Origin: an uncultured Actinomycetes bacterium
GTDB lineage: Bacteria; Actinomycetota; Thermoleophilia; UBA2241
DNA: 64,000 nt
Direction: 5' to 3'
Assembly: GCA_963755025.1 (NCBI GenBank)
Contig: CAVWIH010000030.1
Span: forward strand, 64,001-128,000
Within the stretch, counting starts at the first letter, position 1. Each line of letters begins with the position of its first letter. A program made the position numbers and the translations under genes. The notes below the pieces were generated by a model. That model saw only the letters and a program-made list of their open reading frames with translations, made no database searches and was not told the origin of the DNA. Shown here one piece after another: positions 1 to 12,684 of the stretch.

Positions 1-2278
1 CGCGCGAGTCGACCCCGTCGATCGCCAGGGCCCGCTCGAAGCGCTTCATGGCGGCCGACATGCGGGAGAGCGAGTAGCGCGTGACGTAGGGCTCGATGCC
101 CTCGGCGACCAGGTCGTCGAAGAGCCGGTCGACCAGGTTCTCCACGCGGAACGACAGGCCCAGGGCGTCGAACTTCTGCTCGTTGTAGTTGCCGTAGATC
201 GAGGGGATGCCGGCGGCTATGTGGCGCTTCTGGTAGATGTTCTCGGTCGAGATCGAGACCAGCGGACTGAGCACGATCGCCTTGAGCTCTTCGAGCACGG
301 TGAGGGCCGCGTCGAGCAGGGCGTCGCGCGTGGCGGCGCCCGGGGCGCGCTGCCAGGCGGCGAGCGCGCCCTCGAAGCGGCGGCGCACCCTGAGCTCGAG
401 CACGAGGTGGCGGCCGACCGCGTGGCCCACGTCGTCGGCCGAGAGCGAGTACTTGTGGGCGAGCAGCTGATGGGTGCGCACCATCAAGGCGATGCGGCGA
501 CCCTCGTCGCCGAGCGCCGCGCCCGGGCGGAGCGCGGCGAGCCGCTCGCCGAGGGCCTCGGGGCTGAGCGCGATGAGCCCGTCGAGGAACGCTTCGAGCT
601 GGTCGCCGGCCGGCGGCCCGCCGTCGTGGCGTCCGCTCAGGGCGAGCAGCATCTCGTGCGGCCCCCACGCCCACTCCCCTTCGAGCCGCACCGCCGCCAG
701 CGTGTTGGCCGACACGTAGGGCTCGAGCACGACGGGGTCGAGCGTCGCCCAGTAGTGCAGGACGGCCCGGCTGAAGGCGACCAGGCGGTTCGACGACTCG
801 GCGTGGAGCTGCTTGCGCAAAAAGTGCACGAGCGAGTCGTGGCGCCCGCAGATCTCGTCGCCGTCGGTCGAGACGGTGCGCAGCTCGCCCTCGGCGCCCA
901 CCTCGCTGAAGTACACCGGCAGCGTGCGCAGCAGCTGCTTGGCGACGAAGTAGATGGGCCTGATGTCGGCGTTCAGAAAGCGCGTGACGTCGCGCTGAAA
1001 GAGATCGGTGTCGGCGATGTACACGCCGCCCAGCCGCAACTGCACGTTGAGCGCGGCGGCCAGGCGCTCGTAGAGCGCCGGGTTCGACTCGATGATGTGC
1101 ATCCAGCAGCGGATCTTCGGCAGGTGATAGGGGTTGACGATCGTCCCCCAGTCGTCGGTGGCGCCGCTGATGTCGGGGTACTGGAAGCGCCACGACAGCA
1201 CGTCGTCGATCAGGTGGTCGACCGCCTTCGCGTCGGCGGCCTCGCCGATGGCGACGCCGATCGCCTCATAGCACTTGAAGCGCATCAGCAGGAACTGGTG
1301 GTCACGGCCGCGGAAGAAGGCGGTGAGGCGGCTGAGGATGCCCTCGACGTCGAGGTGGCGCGCGGGCTCCATGAGCTGCCCGACCACGCCCAGCAGCTCG
1401 ACCACGGCCTCCTTCTGGCGGTAGCCGAGGGTGTCGTCCTTCAAGAAGAACAGGCACACGGCGAAGCGGTCCTCGAGGTCGTCGAGGTGCGTGAGCTGGT
1501 CGAGGGCCCGCCCCAGGATGTCGGAGAACAGCGGCCAGGCGGGGCCAAGGAGCTCGCCTGCCGGCGCGCGGCGCACGCCGTCGGCGAGCGCGCCGGCGCG
1601 CGCTACCGCCAGAAAGTCGAAGCGCGCGGCCACGGCCGCGGCGTCGGTCAGGCCGGCGCCCTGGTCGCCCGCCCAGGCGGGCACGTCGAGGCGCTCGGCG
1701 ACCCGGCGATAGCCGACCAGCAGCACCTCGCGGTAGAGCTCGCAGAAGGGCGCCGCCGGCGCCGGGCGCGCGGCGACCCGCGCGACCAGGTCGCGCAGCA
1801 GCGAGTCGCGCTCAAGAAAGGCGGCCGGCCGGCGGTCGAGCAGCCCGGCGAGCGAGCCGGCGACCTGCGCGAGGGCGTCGTCGTAGGCCGCGCCGTAGGG
1901 GCCGTCGAGGGCGGCCGCGCACCACATGAGCAGCTCGCGCAGCGCCAGCGAGAACTGGTCGGCCGAGAGCGGCGACTCGAGCAGCCCGACCACGAGCTCG
2001 GCGAACAGCCCGAACAGCTCCGCGCGTTCGTCGGAGGCCTCGAAGTGGCTCCAGTTGTACAGGAGCGTCGTCTGAAAGCCGTCGATCAGGGCGTCGGCGT
2101 TGCGAAAGGCGTGAAAGTACTCGCCCATGGTCTCGACGAGCGAGGCGCGCACCCCGTAGAGCCCCTCGACCGCGTCGACCAGCGGCTGGTAGCGGTCGGG
2201 GATCACCACGTCTTGCGCCGTGCTCGCGATGTTCGCGCGCAGCGCGTCTGAGTCGAACGGCACCGGCGGGGTCTTCAT
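1..2278 (-). CDS. Large PEP/pyruvate-binding-domain (PPDK/PEP synthase-like) protein, N-terminal ~760 aa; runs off the window edge
   Basis: Open minus-strand frame from ATG 2278 (MKTPPVPFDSDALRANIA...) to position 1; missed by the ORF track. Motifs PVYFSEVGAEGELRTVST, HFLRKQLHAESSN and ENIYQKRHIAAGIPSIYGNY...KFDALGLSFRVE resemble, from memory, the ~1400-aa PEP/pyruvate-binding proteins of anaerobes. The catalytic domain itself is outside the window. TATCAT -10-like hexamer at 2289-2294. Confidence 0.65.
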   Translation of the reverse strand, partial: MKTPPVPFDSDALRANIASTAQDVVIPDRYQPLVDAVEGLYGVRASLVETMGEYFHAFRNADALIDGFQTTLLYNWSHFEASDERAELFGLFAELVVGLLESPLSADQFSLALRELLMWCAAALDGPYGAAYDDALAQVAGSLAGLLDRRPAAFLERDSLLRDLVARVAARPAPAAPFCELYREVLLVGYRRVAERLDVPAWAGDQGAGLTDAAAVAARFDFLAVARAGALADGVRRAPAGELLGPAWPLFSDILGRALDQLTHLDDLEDRFAVCLFFLKDDTLGYRQKEAVVELLGVVGQLMEPARHLDVEGILSRLTAFFRGRDHQFLLMRFKCYEAIGVAIGEAADAKAVDHLIDDVLSWRFQYPDISGATDDWGTIVNPYHLPKIRCWMHIIESNPALYERLAAALNVQLRLGGVYIADTDLFQRDVTRFLNADIRPIYFVAKQLLRTLPVYFSEVGAEGELRTVSTDGDEICGRHDSLVHFLRKQLHAESSNRLVAFSRAVLHYWATLDPVVLEPYVSANTLAAVRLEGEWAWGPHEMLLALSGRHDGGPPAGDQLEAFLDGLIALSPEALGERLAALRPGAALGDEGRRIALMVRTHQLLAHKYSLSADDVGHAVGRHLVLELRVRRRFEGALAAWQRAPGAATRDALLDAALTVLEELKAIVLSPLVSISTENIYQKRHIAAGIPSIYGNYNEQKFDALGLSFRVENLVDRLFDDLVAEGIEPYVTRYSLSRMSAAMKRFERALAIDGVDSR

Positions 2279-2358
2279 GGCACCCCCGATGATACCCCCT
2301 GCCGCGATCGCCGCACGGTTCGCCGGGCGACGCCCCCGCCCGGCGCACATCCGGCATC

Positions 2359-2413
2359 CCGGCGTCTATCCGGCGTCTGCCCGGCGTCTGCCCGGCGTCT
2401 GCCCGGCGTCTAC
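2359..2413. repeat. Five tandem copies of an 11-nt unit CCGGCGTCT(GC/AT/AC)
   Basis: Read directly: 2359-2369, 2370-2380, 2381-2391, 2392-2402, 2403-2413. Overlaps the dhaM stop codon. Confidence 0.9.
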
Positions 2414-5166
2414 CCGGCCGCGCCGGGCGTCGCAGCCGCCGCGGCGAGCGCGCGCACCTGCGCCGTCGAGTCGGCGGCCAGCGCCTTCGCGGCCAGGCGC
2501 CGCGCGGCGTCGGGCTCGACGCCGCGCACGACCTGCTTGGCGAGCGCGATGCGCGGCGCGGTCATCGACAGCGCGGTGACCCCCAGCCCCAGCAGGATGG
2601 GCACCGCCAGCGGGTCGCCGGCGATCTCGCCGCAGACCGCGACCGGCCGGCCGGCGGCGCCCGCGGCGCGCGCCACCGCGCCGATCAGGCGCAGCACGGC
2701 GGGGTGCAGGGCGTCGCCCAGGCCGGCCACCTCGGCGTTGCCGCGGTCGGCGGCCAGCACGTACTGGGTGAGGTCGTTGGTGCCCACCGAGAAGAAGTCG
2801 ACATGGGGCGCGAACGACTCGGCCATGAGCGCCACCGCCGGCACCTCGACCATGATCCCCACCTCGAGGCGCCGCGCCAGGGCGACGCCGGCCGCGGTCA
2901 GCGACGCGCGCGCCTCGTCGAGCAGCGCGCGGACCCGATGCAACTCGTCGAGCGTTGTCACCATGGGCAACAGGAGCCGCACCGGGTACGCGGCGCCCGC
3001 CCGCAGCACGGCGCGCAGCTGACCGCTCAGGAGCTCCGGGTGCCGCAGGCCCAGGCGGATGCCCCTGACTCCCAGGTAGGGGTTGTCCTCGCGCGCCAGC
3101 GGCAGGTAAGGCAGCTGCTTGTCGGCCCCTACGTCGAGCGTGCGCACCACGAGCGGCCGGCCGCCGAGCTCCTCGGCCATCGCGCGGTAGACCGCCGCCT
3201 GCTCGTCTTCGTCGGGCAGCCGGTCGCCCGCCAAAAAGAGGAACTCGGTGCGCAGGATGCCGACCCCGTCGGCGCCGCCGGCGACGGCCGCGGCGACCTC
3301 GCCCGGCCCCGCCACGTTGGCCGCCACCTCGACCGCCTGACCGCCCCGGGTGACGGCGGGCTCGCCCGCCCGGGCGCGCGCCTCGGCTTCGACGGCCGCG
3401 CTGTGGGCGCGCCGCGCCTCGGCCTGCTCGACCGTCGCCGCGCCGGGCGCCACCGTGACCGTGCCGGCGTCGCCGTCGAGCACCATGAGCGTGCCCTCGG
3501 CCACGCTCAGCAACTCCGCGCCGCAGGCCACCGCCGCCGGTATGCCCAGCGAGCGCGCCAGGATGGCGCCGTGCGAGGTGGGACCGCCAAAGGCGCAGGC
3601 CACGCCGAGCACCGCGGCGCGGTCGAGCAGGGCGATGGCGGCGGGCGCCAGGTCGGGCGCGATCACGATGCCGGCGCCGGGCGCGAGCGCCTCGCCGGCG
3701 GGCGCCGCGGCGGGCGCGGTCGCAGCGGCGGGTGCCGCGGCGGACGCGGTCGCAGCGGCGGGTGCCCCGGCGGACGCGGTCGCAGCGGCGGACGCGGGGG
3801 CCGGCGACTCCACGAGATGTCGCAGGACGCCGTCGGCCACGCCGCGCAGATCGGCCACCCGCGAGCGCAGGTACGGGTCGGCGACGGCCTCCCAGGCGCC
3901 GGCCGCGGCGACGGTCGCCGCCGTCCAGGCCGCGGCGGCGCTGCGGCCGTCGTCGAAGATCGCGGCGCGCGCCGGCCCCAGCAGCGCCTCGTCGCTCAAA
4001 AAGAGCAGGTGCGCGTCGAAGATGGCGGCGTCGTAGCCGCCCGCGCGACCGGCCACCGCGCCGCGCGCGCGGCGCAGGTCGGCGGCGGTCGCCTCGAGGG
4101 CGCTCTGCAGGGTGGCCCATTCGGCCTGCGGGTCGGCTGCACGTCGGTCGGGCACCGGCGCGGCGGCCGTCTGGGCAAGTCGCGCCCTGCCCACAACGAT
4201 TCCCGGCGAGCCGGGCATGCCCTGCAGCACGGCGCCCGGAACGGGGGTCGGAGCAGGAGGCGCCTCGACCGGCGCCGCGGCCCGCGAAACGACAGCCGAG
4301 GCGGTCTCCCCCACCGCAGCCGGCCCGCCGGCGTCGGCGCGGCCCTTGCCGGGCGCGTCGCCGAAGTCGTCGGCGGCCAGCCGGGCGATGGCGGCGAGGG
4401 CCTCGCCGGCCTGCAGTCCGCGGGCGCGCACCAGCAGCTCGTGGCCGCGGCCCGCGCCCAGCGCGGCGACGGCGTTCAGGCTGCGGGCGCTCACCGGCCC
4501 GCGCGCGGCGGTCAGGTCTTCGACGGTAACGTCGGCGTCGAACGCCGCCGCCGTGCGCACCAGCCGGGCCGCCGGCCGGGCGTGCAGCCCCAGCCGGTTG
4601 GCCACGACCACGTGCAGGGTCAAAGGCGCGGACGCGCCGGGCGCGGGTTCGGCGGGCGCGGGTTCTGCGGGCGCGGGTTCGGCGGGCGCGGGTTCGGCGG
4701 GCGCGGGCGCGGCGGGCGCGGGCGCGGCCGCGCCAGACGCAGCCGACACGGCTTCGGCCGGCGCCAGCTGCGTGACCTTTGCCGCCAGGCCGCCGCGTGC
4801 CTCGCCGGCGACGCTCTCGAGGGAGCCGCCGAGGGCCGCCGCCACGGCGGCGGCCACGGCTCCCTCGACCAGGGGCGCGTCGCAGAGCAGCACGCCGGCG
4901 CGGCGTTCGTGGGGCAGCAGGTCGAGCGCGAGCTCGGCCGACAGCACGGCGCTGCCCAGGTCCATGAGCACCAGCACGCCGTCGGGCGACCAGACGCGCT
5001 CGATGGCCTGGGCGACGAGCGCGGCGTCGGTGCCCAGCGGCTTGCCCGGCAGGTCGAGGCCGCCGGCCACGGCGATGGCCAGATCGGGGCCGGCCATCTG
5101 GGCGGCCAGCTCGGCCACGCCCTCGGCGAGCCGCGCGCTGTGGCTCACCAGGACGAGTCCGATCAC
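2410..5166 (-). CDS. dhaM: DhaM-HPr-Enzyme I fusion (PEP-dependent phosphotransferase for dihydroxyacetone kinase)
   Basis: GTG start overlaps the dhaL stop. EIIA-man-like [10 protein letters not shown]...DLGSA, HPr GLHARPAA, EI GGPTSHGAILARSLGIP, and the full EI C-terminal domain (RTLDVGADK, GIMVEVP, FFSVGTNDLTQY, VCGE). Confidence 0.93.
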   Translation of the reverse strand: MIGLVLVSHSARLAEGVAELAAQMAGPDLAIAVAGGLDLPGKPLGTDAALVAQAIERVWSPDGVLVLMDLGSAVLSAELALDLLPHERRAGVLLCDAPLVEGAVAAAVAAALGGSLESVAGEARGGLAAKVTQLAPAEAVSAASGAAAPAPAAPAPAEPAPAEPAPAEPAPAEPAPGASAPLTLHVVVANRLGLHARPAARLVRTAAAFDADVTVEDLTAARGPVSARSLNAVAALGAGRGHELLVRARGLQAGEALAAIARLAADDFGDAPGKGRADAGGPAAVGETASAVVSRAAAPVEAPPAPTPVPGAVLQGMPGSPGIVVGRARLAQTAAAPVPDRRAADPQAEWATLQSALEATAADLRRARGAVAGRAGGYDAAIFDAHLLFLSDEALLGPARAAIFDDGRSAAAAWTAATVAAAGAWEAVADPYLRSRVADLRGVADGVLRHLVESPAPASAAATASAGAPAAATASAAAPAAATAPAAAPAGEALAPGAGIVIAPDLAPAAIALLDRAAVLGVACAFGGPTSHGAILARSLGIPAAVACGAELLSVAEGTLMVLDGDAGTVTVAPGAATVEQAEARRAHSAAVEAEARARAGEPAVTRGGQAVEVAANVAGPGEVAAAVAGGADGVGILRTEFLFLAGDRLPDEDEQAAVYRAMAEELGGRPLVVRTLDVGADKQLPYLPLAREDNPYLGVRGIRLGLRHPELLSGQLRAVLRAGAAYPVRLLLPMVTTLDELHRVRALLDEARASLTAAGVALARRLEVGIMVEVPAVALMAESFAPHVDFFSVGTNDLTQYVLAADRGNAEVAGLGDALHPAVLRLIGAVARAAGAAGRPVAVCGEIAGDPLAVPILLGLGVTALSMTAPRIALAKQVVRGVEPDAARRLAAKALAADSTAQVRALAAAAATPGAAG

Positions 5167-5969
5167 GAAGCAGACCCCGCGAACAGCGTGGCGGCGGCCG
5201 CCTCGAGCAGCAGCCAGGACGAGGTCGCGCCGGGGTCTTGCGTGCCGGCGCTGCGCTCGCCGAGGTAGCTCGCCCTGCCCTTGCGGGCGACCAGCGGCGT
5301 CGTGGCCTTCATGCCGCGCTCGGCCGCCGCGGCCGACTCGCGCAGGGCGTCGCCGGGCGCCCGGCCGGCGGCGACGGCGGCGCGCAGCGCCGCGACCGCC
5401 GGCAGCAGCGCGTCGATCATCGTCTTGTCGTCGGGCTCGGCCTTGCCGCGCGCCTGCGCACCGGCCACGCCGGCCTCGAGCGCCGCGCTCCATTGCTCCA
5501 CGGTGAGCGCGCTCGCGTCGCCCGACGCCGCCGCCATGCGCAGAAAGAGCGTGCCGTAGAGCGGCCCGGCCGCGCCGCCGACGCTCGACACCAGCGTCAT
5601 GCCGATCGCCTTGAGCAACGCGCCGACAGGGGCGGCGCCATCGGGCACATCGCCGGGAGCACCACCGGGAGTACTACCAGGAGCGCCGCCCGGAGCGCCG
5701 CCGAGAGCGCCGCCCCCAGCGCCGCCCGGAGCGCCGCCGAGAGCGCCGCCCCCAGCGCCACCCGCAGCGCCGCCGCCCTCCGGCCACTCGTCGAGCTTGG
5801 CGACCACCGCCTGCATGCCGCGGTCCATGTTGATGCCGTGGTCGGCGTCGCCGATGGCGGCGTCGAGCTCGGTCAGGTGCTCGCGCTCGCGCGTGACCGC
5901 GGCCGCGAAGGCCCGCATCCAGGCGGTGACCTCGGCGCAGCCGACGGTCGCGCCCGCGGCCGCTGTCAA
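5163..5969 (-). CDS. dhaL: Dihydroxyacetone kinase ADP-binding subunit DhaL, with a Gly/Ala/Pro repeat insertion
   Basis: [61 protein letters not shown] start overlaps the dhaK stop. Confidence 0.93.
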   Translation of the reverse strand: MTAAAGATVGCAEVTAWMRAFAAAVTREREHLTELDAAIGDADHGINMDRGMQAVVAKLDEWPEGGGAAGGAGGGALGGAPGGAGGGALGGAPGGAPGSTPGGAPGDVPDGAAPVGALLKAIGMTLVSSVGGAAGPLYGTLFLRMAAASGDASALTVEQWSAALEAGVAGAQARGKAEPDDKTMIDALLPAVAALRAAVAAGRAPGDALRESAAAAERGMKATTPLVARKGRASYLGERSAGTQDPGATSSWLLLEAAAATLFAGSAS

Positions 5970-6967
5970 GCGCCCCACCGCAGGCCCGTCGTGACGACCG
6001 GCGCGTCCCAGAGCGCCGTGAGCTCGTCGTCTAAGCGCAGCAGCGTGATCGAGCAGCCCGCCATGTCGAGCGCGGTCATGTACGGACCGATCAGGTTGCG
6101 CGTGATGGCGATGCCGCGCGCCTCGAGCAGCGTGTAGAGCTCGTTGTAGACGATGTAGAGCTCCATGAGCGGCGTCGCTCCGAGGCCGTCGACGAAGGCC
6201 AGCACGCGGTCGCCGCGCACGAAGGGCAGGTCGTCGACGATGGCCGCCGTGAGCGCCTCGACGACCTCGTGCGCGCCGGCCAGCGGCCGCCGCTCGCGGC
6301 CGGGCTCGCCGTGAATGCCGACGCCGAGCTCGATCTCGTCGTCGCCCAGCGCGAAGGTGGGCTTGCCGACCATCGGCACGGTGCACGACGTGAGGGCCAC
6401 ACCCATGCTGCGGGCGCCGGCGTTGACCGTGCGGCAGAGCGCGGCGACCTCGGCCAACGGGCGGCCCTGCTCGGCCGCCGCGCCGCAGATCTTCTCGGCC
6501 AGCACCGTGGCGCCCACGCCGCGCCGCCCGGCGGTGTGCAGGCTGTCGCGCACCGCGACGTCGTCGTCGATCACCACCGACTCGACGTCGATGCCTTCGT
6601 CGGCGGCGAGCTCGGCGGCCATCTCGAAGTTCATCACGTCGCCGGTGTAGTTCTTGACGATGTAGAGGACGCCGGCGCCGCCGTCGACCGTTTGCGTGGC
6701 GGCCAGCATCTGGTCGGGCGTGGGCGAAGTGAACACCGCTCCCGGGCAGGCCGCGTCGAGCATGCCGCGGCCCACGAAACCGCCGTGCATGGGTTCGTGC
6801 CCCGAGCCGCCGCCCGAGACGAGCGCCACCTTGCCCTGCACGGGGGCGTCGGCCCGCACGATGAAGTCGGGGCGGCGCGACACTCTCAGCCTGTCGGGAT
6901 GGGCCCGCGCGATGCCGTCGAGCTCTTCGCTCACGGCGTCTGCGGGCCGGTTGATGAGCTTCTTCAT
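5966..6967 (-). CDS. dhaK: Dihydroxyacetone kinase subunit DhaK
   Basis: [49 protein letters not shown]. Confidence 0.96.
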   Translation of the reverse strand: MKKLINRPADAVSEELDGIARAHPDRLRVSRRPDFIVRADAPVQGKVALVSGGGSGHEPMHGGFVGRGMLDAACPGAVFTSPTPDQMLAATQTVDGGAGVLYIVKNYTGDVMNFEMAAELAADEGIDVESVVIDDDVAVRDSLHTAGRRGVGATVLAEKICGAAAEQGRPLAEVAALCRTVNAGARSMGVALTSCTVPMVGKPTFALGDDEIELGVGIHGEPGRERRPLAGAHEVVEALTAAIVDDLPFVRGDRVLAFVDGLGATPLMELYIVYNELYTLLEARGIAITRNLIGPYMTALDMAGCSITLLRLDDELTALWDAPVVTTGLRWGA

Positions 6968-7167
6968 CGCGGTAACCCCCTGCGGCTTGCCTTGCGCTCG
7001 CCGGGCGCGTGGCGGCCCGGCCGATCCCGCTGCTGGGTTTACGCTCACAGACCGCCCAGCGTCAAGCCGTCGTGCGCCGCCCGTCGGCTCCATCGGCGGC
7101 GTCGGAGCCGCCGCCCGGGCCCGCAGAAGCAGCACGGCCGGCGGGCGGCCTCCGATCGTCGGGTGCG

Positions 7168-8012
7168 TCACGGCCGGGCAGCGGCCTCCTGATCGTCGGC
7201 CAGCGCGCCGCTCACCGCGCCCACGAGCTCGGCGGCGGCGCGGCAAGCGGCGCCTGCGTCGGCGGCGCGCTGCACGCGGTCGATGAGCGCGCTGCCCACG
7301 ATCACGCCGTCGGCCAGAGCGGCGACCTCGGCGGCCTGCTGCGGCGTCGAGATGCCGAAGCCCACGGCCAGCGGGGCCTGGGTGCGGGCGCGCAGCCGGG
7401 CGATGAGGCCGGGCAGCTCGGCGCCGGTCTCGCGACGGGCGCCGGTCACCCCGGTGACGGCCACGCAGTAGACGAACGAGGTCGCCGCCCGGCCGACCAG
7501 CTCGAGGCGCTCGTCGGTGCTGGTCGGCGTGGCCATGGGCACGATCGCCACGCCGCACTCGGCGGCGGCGGCCGCGTACGGCGGCGCCTCATCGAGCGGC
7601 AGGTCGGGAATGACGAGCGCCTCGACGCCCGCGCCCTGCGCGCGGGCGAAGAAGCGCTTCGGGCCGTAGGCGAGCACGGTGTTCAGGTAGGTGAGCAGGG
7701 CGAAGGGGGCGGCGGCGCTGTGCGCCGCCGCCAGCTCGAAGACGTGCTCGGGCGTGATCCCGGCCTGCAGCGCCTGCCAGGTCGAGCGCTGCACCACGGG
7801 ACCGTCGGCGATCGGGTCGGAGAAGGGCACGCCGAGCTCGACGACGTCGGCGCCGGCGGCGATCACCGCCTCGATCAGCAGGTGACTGGTCGCCAGGTCG
7901 GGGTGGCCGGCCGTGAGGTAGGGGATGAGGGCGGCCCTGGCGGCGCGGGGCGCCGCGAAGGCCGCCGCCAGGCGCGGCGCGAGGCCGGCGGACGGTGCGG
8001 ACGCTGCCGTCG

Positions 8013-8016
<4 letters not shown>
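7168..8016 (-). CDS. trpA: Tryptophan synthase alpha chain
   Basis: [56 protein letters not shown] overlap with trpB. Confidence 0.96.
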
Positions 8017-9214
<1,198 letters not shown>

Positions 9215-9218
<4 letters not shown>

Positions 9219-10037
9219 CGGTCGACCTCCGGGGTCGTTGCGGGTTCAGCGGTCTGTGGCTCGGCGGGGCGAGCGGCGGGCGCAGCGCCCTGTGTGGTCG
9301 CCCGCGCGGCGCAGGGACGCGGCGGCCTGCGCGTCTGCCTCGTGCACCGCCGCGAAGAAGGCGCGTAGTAGAGCCTCGTCTTTGCGGCCGGGGGCGTCGC
9401 GCGGCTCGAGGCCGCTCGACACGTCGACGGCCCAGGGGCGCACGGCGGCGATGGCCTCGCCCACGTTGCCGGGCGCGAGGCCGCCGGCCAGCACGAGCCT
9501 CCCCGCCGGCAGCGGCGCGGCGGCCAGGGATCGCCAGTCGAGCGTGGCGCCGCTGCCGCCGTAGACGCCGGGCGCGCGCGCGTCGAGCAGCACGAAGTCG
9601 GCGTCGGCGGCGTCGGGGGTGTCGGCGGCGGCGAGGAGCAGCGGCCGCAGGCCGCTGCTCCTCGCCGCCGCCCGGACGGCCGCCACGGTCGGGCCGTCGG
9701 CGCCGGCCGAGAGCTGCACCGCGTCAAGGCCGGCCACGGCGAGTGCCGCCGCGATCCACTCCGGCGACTCGGTGGTCACCACCGCGACGGTGAGCGCGGC
9801 GCCGGCACCGGCGGCCGCAACGCCCGTGGCCGCGGCGAGCGCGCCTGCGGCCGCAACGCCCGCAGCGCCCGCGGCGCCCCGAACGCCCGCAGCGGCGCGC
9901 GCCAGCGCCGCCGCCTGTTGCGGCGTGACGCGGCGCGGGCTCTCGGCGAGCACGAAGCCGCAGGCCCACGCCCCGCACTCGACCGCGAGGCGCACGTCGC
10001 GCTCGCGGGTGAGGCCGCAGACCTTGACGGCGGTCAC
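9215..10037 (-). CDS. trpF: Phosphoribosylanthranilate isomerase; probable frameshift near the 3' end
   Basis: [52 protein letters not shown]. The track ORF stops at 9246; the alternative frame stops at 9215 with an ATGA overlap to trpB. Confidence 0.9.
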
Positions 10038-10951
10038 GACCGCGCCCCGGCGTTAGGTCGTGTCGGCGCTTGCGGCGCGGGAGGCTCCGCCGGCGTCGGC
10101 AGTCCCTTGAGCTCGGCGACGAGGGCGGCCAGGCGCGCGTGCGGCGTGCGCACCAGGGTCTCGCCCACGAGGAGCGCCCGGGCTCCGGCCCGCGCCGCGC
10201 GCCGGGCGTCGGCGGCCGTCACGACGCCGCTCTCGCTCACCAGCAGCACGTCGTGCGGCGCGAGCGCCGCGAGCCGCTCCGTCACCCTCAAGTCGACGGT
10301 GAGAGTACGCAGGTCGCGGTTGTTGACGCCGATGAGCGCGGCGCCCGCGGCGACCGCTCGGCCGAGCTCGGCTTCGTCGTGCACCTCGACCAGGGCGTCG
10401 AGGCCGCACAGGCGGCACTCGCCGAGCAGTAAAGCCAGGCCGCGGTCGTCGAGCGCCGCGGCGATGAGCAGTACGGCGGCGGCTCCCGCCGTGGCGGCCT
10501 CCCACACCTGATAGGGGTCGACCACGAAATCCTTGCGCAGCACCGGCAGCGAGACGGCCGCGGCGACCGCCTCGAGGTCGGCCAGCGAGCCGCCGAAGCG
10601 TCGCGGCTCGGTGAGCACCGAGACGGCGTCGGCCCCGGCCGCTGCGTAGGCCTGCGCCTGCGCGGCGGCATTGAGCCCCGGCGCGATGGCGCCCTTGCTC
10701 GGCGAGGCGCGCTTGACCTCGGCGATCAGCGCGGTCGCGCCGGCCGGCACGCCCTCGGCGCCAGCCGCGGCGGCCACGATGGCCGCCGCCAGGCGGCCGC
10801 CCGGCGGCCGCGCCGGCCCCGACTCTCCCACCACCACCGTGGGCGCAAGCTCGCCGGGGGGCGCCGCGTCGGGCCGCGCGAGCGGCCGCTCGCGGCGCGC
10901 GAGCTCGACCCGCTCGCGCGCCTGCTCGACCATGGTCGTCAGAAAGTCCAC
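10034..10951 (-). CDS. trpC: Indole-3-glycerol phosphate synthase
   Basis: [52 protein letters not shown] start VDFLTTMVE. Confidence 0.94.
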   Translation of the reverse strand: MDFLTTMVEQARERVELARRERPLARPDAAPPGELAPTVVVGESGPARPPGGRLAAAIVAAAAGAEGVPAGATALIAEVKRASPSKGAIAPGLNAAAQAQAYAAAGADAVSVLTEPRRFGGSLADLEAVAAAVSLPVLRKDFVVDPYQVWEAATAGAAAVLLIAAALDDRGLALLLGECRLCGLDALVEVHDEAELGRAVAAGAALIGVNNRDLRTLTVDLRVTERLAALAPHDVLLVSESGVVTAADARRAARAGARALLVGETLVRTPHARLAALVAELKGLPTPAEPPAPQAPTRPNAGARS

Positions 10952-10953
10952 GG

Positions 10954-11999
10954 CTAGCCCTCCTCGGCGCGCAGCCGGTTGGTGACCGCCACCAGGGCGG
11001 CGAGCTTGCCGGCCGCCGCGCCGCTGGCCACGGCGGCGCGCGCCTGCTCGACGCCCTCGCCGATGTCGGCCGCCGCCTCGGTGATGTAGAGCGCCGCGCC
11101 GGCGTTCAGCAGGGCGATGTCCAACTGCGGCCCGGGGCGGCCCTCGAGCAGCGCGGTGAGCAGCGCCGCGTTCTCGGCGGCGTCGCCGCCGCGCAGGTCG
11201 TCGAGCCGGGCGCGGGCCAGCCCGAACTGCTCGGGCGCGACCGTGTAGCGGCGGTCGAAGCCTTGCCCGGCGAAGACCTCGACCACGGCCGTGGGGCAGG
11301 TCGTCGAGATCTCGTCGAGGCCGTCGTCGCTGTGCACCAGCAGGTTGCGCGACGTGCCCATCATGCGCACCGCCTGCGCCAGGCGGTCGACGTAGCGCGC
11401 GTCGGCCACGCCGATCAGCTGGTGGCGCGCGCCGGCCGGGTTGGTGAGCGGACCGATCACGTTGAAGGTGGTCGCCATGCCGAGCTCGCGGCGCACGCCC
11501 GCCACGTTCTTCATGGCGAGGTGGTGGCGCGGCGCGAACATGAAGCCGATGCCCGCCTCGGCGATGCAGCGGCTCACCTGGGCGGGGGTGATGTCGATGG
11601 CCACGCCGAGCGCCTCGAGCACGTCGGCGCTGCCGCAGCGGCTGGTCGCGGAGCGGTTGCCGTGCTTGGCCACGGTCACGCCGGCGCCGGCGGCGATCAG
11701 GGCGGCCGCCGTCGAGATGTTGAAGGTGCTGGGCGCCGTCGCCGCCCGTGCCGCAGGTGTCGAGGATGACATCGGCGTCGACCTCGACCTTCTCGACCAG
11801 GTCGGTCATGGCGCGCGCCATGCCGACGATCTCCTCGGCGGTCTCGCCCTTCACGCGCAGCGCGGAGAGCAGGGCGGCGGTCTGGGCTTCGCCCACGCCG
11901 CCCCCCATGATCTCGAGCACCACGCCGCGCGCCTCGTCTTCGCTTAGGTCGCCGCCGGCGCTGAGCGTCGCCAGGGCGTGGGAGAGGATGTCGTTGGGC

Positions 12000-12001
<2 letters not shown>
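10954..12001 (-). CDS. trpD: Anthranilate phosphoribosyltransferase; frameshift near 11735
   Basis: KGETAEEI and DTCGTGGDG in one frame; [40 protein letters not shown] and DGLDEIS in the next. Confidence 0.92.
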
Positions 12002-12679
<678 letters not shown>

Positions 12680-12684
12680 GCGCC

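Noticed and set aside
221-2251. Long plus-strand ORFs (221-2251, 2704-5268, 30815-32974, 32496-36014, 36705-38546 and others)
   Set aside because: Antisense shadows of real minus-strand genes, with no recognisable motifs.
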